Source of the DNA: Paraspadella gotoi
Lineage: Eukaryota > Animalia > Chaetognatha
Reading direction: 5' to 3'
Assembly (NCBI GenBank): GCA_051294375.1
Contig: CM119268.1
Location: forward strand, 14,151,240 to 14,215,239
DNA length: 64,000 nt
Position 1 is the stretch's first letter. The number at the start of each line of letters is the position of its first letter. The translations under genes were made by a program, and so were the position numbers. Below are positions 60,901-64,000 of the stretch, in pieces. The notes under the pieces were generated by a model, which was given only the letters and a program-made list of their open reading frames with translations, ran no database searches and was not told where the DNA came from.

Positions 60901-63248
60901 GCGGGGGGACGGATGAAGAGGGCGGCGGGAGTAGGGAAAGGTGAGTCGGGATGTCGTGATACTAATCGGTTCCGCCTTCAAATGGACCGATTTTCACCTC
61001 GAAATCTCATCGACTCGTTCGAAGCAATTTAATGACTGAACATTTTTAGCGAAGAAAATCATAAGGTGACAAACAAAACTATAAAAATAGAATAAAAAAT
61101 CAAACGAAATGATAGGAAAAATAATCTAAGCTATTTTCCTCTTAGCAAGTTTAAACTATCTTGTTTTTCGTTTTTTTCCTTATTCAAAAAATAGGATTTA
61201 ACACTTTTTCCAGATTTTAAATTTTTCCGCTCTCCGAATTCAAAGCGTCTTTCTTTTTTTTTTAATTTCTCCCCTTAAACTTTTCCCGGGTGAGTCAAAC
61301 CCTTCGACCCGTTGGGTGAGTTTTTCTTTCACGATTGAAACGGAAAAAAGGGTGAGGAGAGAAAAATGGATTCAAATTCGAAATGAGTTTTAAAAAAAGT
61401 CAAACGTAGCACTTCGTAAATTTCATTTAGGACTGTAAATCCTAAAATTTTACACATCGATTTAATATTATTTTTATAAAGTATATAAAGGCCAATATCT
61501 CTTTTGAATCAATAGGCTATTATGAAATTTATACCGACAATTCCCTCCCTCCCACAGATTAAAAAGAAAAAAAAAGAAATCCCGCCGAATTTGCATACTG
61601 AGATCTCGTTAAGAGTTAATCCCACAAAAAGTTCACTACTATTTCATTCGCGCTCTCTCTCTCCGTCTCTCTCACTCGCTCTCTCACTCGGCTTTCTTTT
61701 TTTTTTTGCCCCGTTGGTTTTTACGGCGACAGTAATTCAAACCGTTTTTCTGAATATTTCCGACTTTTACCGGTTTTTAAGGATCTCAAAACTTTTTTCT
61801 TCTTCTTTTCTTTTCCTCGACTTCGAAATTTTCCTTTTCGGTCGTTTGAAAACCCGACTGCGCGAGATATGGTTCGGAAATGGGTGGAAGTACGGACGCC
61901 CCCCCCCCAAAAAGAAAAAAAGATTAACACAATTTCTTTTCTCTCTCGACTTTTCTCAGTTTGTATAAGTTTTTAAATCCGTTTTTTTTCTCTCTCTCGG
62001 TTTTTAGATTTTTAACGTTTTCCCCAATTCCATCCATTCGAAGCTTTTGAGTTGGAAGCCGTAAACGAGGCAACGAGATGTGGCGCCGGTGGCTGACGTT
62101 GATGGTTTTAATATTCCGTCGGTAATTAACAAGTTTTCGTTTTCCAAAAAAAAAAAGAAGGAAAAACTGAAACGAGGCTCTTTCGGTTACGTTTATCGGT
62201 TAAGCAGAACGAAAACATGAAAATAAAAAAACACGGGAGAAAGAAACAATGTAGAACCAATTTGTTTTTGACCCGAAAAAAATTGTTTTAGAATTAATTT
62301 TTCTTTCTTCGTTATACTTATATTTATCCTCCTTCTTCTCCAGTTCTTATTCATATTTCTCCCACTTCTTCTCCGAAAAGATTTAAACTTTAAAATCTAT
62401 ATTCCTTTAGTTTATGTAAGTTAAAGTATAAAGCTTTATTTAACATACCTTTCTATTCATTTCCCCGCAATTTTCAAATTCTTCAATCACCGTTAGTCAT
62501 TGATATTCCTACTTTTTCCCTTCCATTTTTCTTTCCTCGTAACCTATTCTTTCTCTTCTTTTTTCATATTTTCTTTACTTAATAGTTAATACATTTGCAC
62601 CTTAACGCCTTTACACATAGTGAGCTTTTCCAAGTATTTCAACCATAACTTCATACATGCTCCTCCCTCCTCCATCCCCCCACTCCTTCCCCTTCTTCTC
62701 CTCACCGATGTTGCTGAATTAAAAATTAGGTGATAACCTCTGGTTATGCGTCTCCGTCCCTCGGCTCATAACAAGAAACTTCCGGTGGTTTATGGCCGAG
62801 TTTTTCTTGATTAAGCCAAGGACGGGGAAGCAGGAGAGCGCAGCGGGGGGGGGGGAGAGCACTTGAACCGGAAAAACGAGGCGAGTCGGTGAATCGAGCG
62901 AGGGGGGGGAAAACTCCTTCACGTCGCCATCGGTGAACGACATTTCACCGCGTCTCACCGGCTCGTTAATTTGTTGAACAAATTATCTCTGCGTGGCGCC
63001 TCTCGAGAGGTCTGCTTGTCTTGTTAAAGGCTGATTGCATTAACGAACAAAGTGTTCGTTTCGGATTCGTCGGTGAAGCGTGCTGACCAGAAGTGAAAGA
63101 TTAACAACTGGGCTCGTGCAAAACGAATAGAACCAATAGTAGGAAGGGCACTCAGTCGGCTAATAAGAAGTATTCACTGGCCAATGTTCAAAAATCGAAA
63201 AAAAAAATGGGCGTTTTGATTCCATTATTTCAGTATCTGTGTCTATGG

Positions 63249-63439
63249 CAGGGTTGTGGAGCTGGCCATTTTTTCTCCAGCTCCAGCTCCAACTCCAGCT
63301 CCGGCCAAAAAAATTTTTCAGCTCCAGCTCCAACTCCGGCTCCATCCTAAATTTTTTTCCAGCTCCGACTCCAGCTCCAGCTCCACTAAAAATTTTGAGA
63401 CAGCTCCAGCTCCCGCTCCGGCTCCCAGCTCCGACCCTT
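63249..63439. mobile_element. MITE-like non-autonomous DNA element with internal (CTCCAG/CTCCGG)n hexamers
   Basis: Imperfect TIRs cagggttgtggagctgg .. ccagctccgaccct, with a body of gctcca/gctccg hexamers; a GC-rich island in AT-rich flanks. Confidence 0.6.
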
Positions 63440-64000
63440 TAAAGTTTAATGATTAATGTTGCTTATATTTAAATTAGTCCTAATTTTATTAATTTACTAT
63501 TTATAACTTATTTATTTGCTTATATTTAAATAAATAATAATTTAATTAATTCATGTATGAATTCATTTAATAATTCATTTATTAATAATAATTATGTATT
63601 TTTTAATATTTAATGTATGAGAACACGATTTGTACTTAAATGTAGACAAGGAGTATAAGAGAGTATAAGAGAGTAAGAGATAAACATTTACTCCCCACAT
63701 AATTAATAGTTAATTTACTTTATATAAAATAACATTTATCTAAAATTTTACTTTTACATTTTAAAATATTTTGATTATTTATCAGGATTTTACTATATAG
63801 TTTAAGGCTCAGTATTGCATGAGTTATGCTGCATTGAATTCTGTGTCATGTGATCACCTTTTAAGGTGATCATGAAAAGTAGGATACTTATGCACATTAA
63901 AGGTCTTTATCCTAACCTTACCTTACCATCTGACCCACCGACCGAAATAAAAGGCGGCTATAGTTAGAGGAAGGGGAAGGTCTCACTCCCAATGCCAAGG

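Overview
Low-complexity, microsatellite-rich eukaryotic (most likely invertebrate animal) genomic DNA from a gappy, indel-prone assembly. Nearly all ORF-track entries are microsatellite or N-gap artefacts. Splicing exons by hand gives: a 13-exon SH3-SH2 non-receptor tyrosine kinase (minus, 9564-13266), a 6-exon aspartoacylase/ACY3-family hydrolase (minus, 14408-17557), a 9-exon F-box + LRR-like protein (plus, 23029-28157), a frameshifted class-A GPCR-like gene (minus, ~4.8-7.5 kb) and a small single-pass membrane protein (plus, ~51.7-53.3 kb). The most interesting signal is non-coding: a family of ~300-400-nt elements in which a tRNA-like Pol III head is followed by a circularly permuted (type P5) twister-ribozyme fold with a tiny palindromic P1 stem. 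It occurs at four loci (~15.5, 18.2, 26.5-27.1 and 28.75-29.3 kb), two of them diverged tandem dimers, and three copies show different but complementary pseudoknot triplets. Also present: a minimal Penelope-type hammerhead in an inverted repeat, a Tc1 transposase remnant, a degenerate LTR-like element, a MITE and several satellites. All calls were made by eye; no alignment, HMM or folding program was run.
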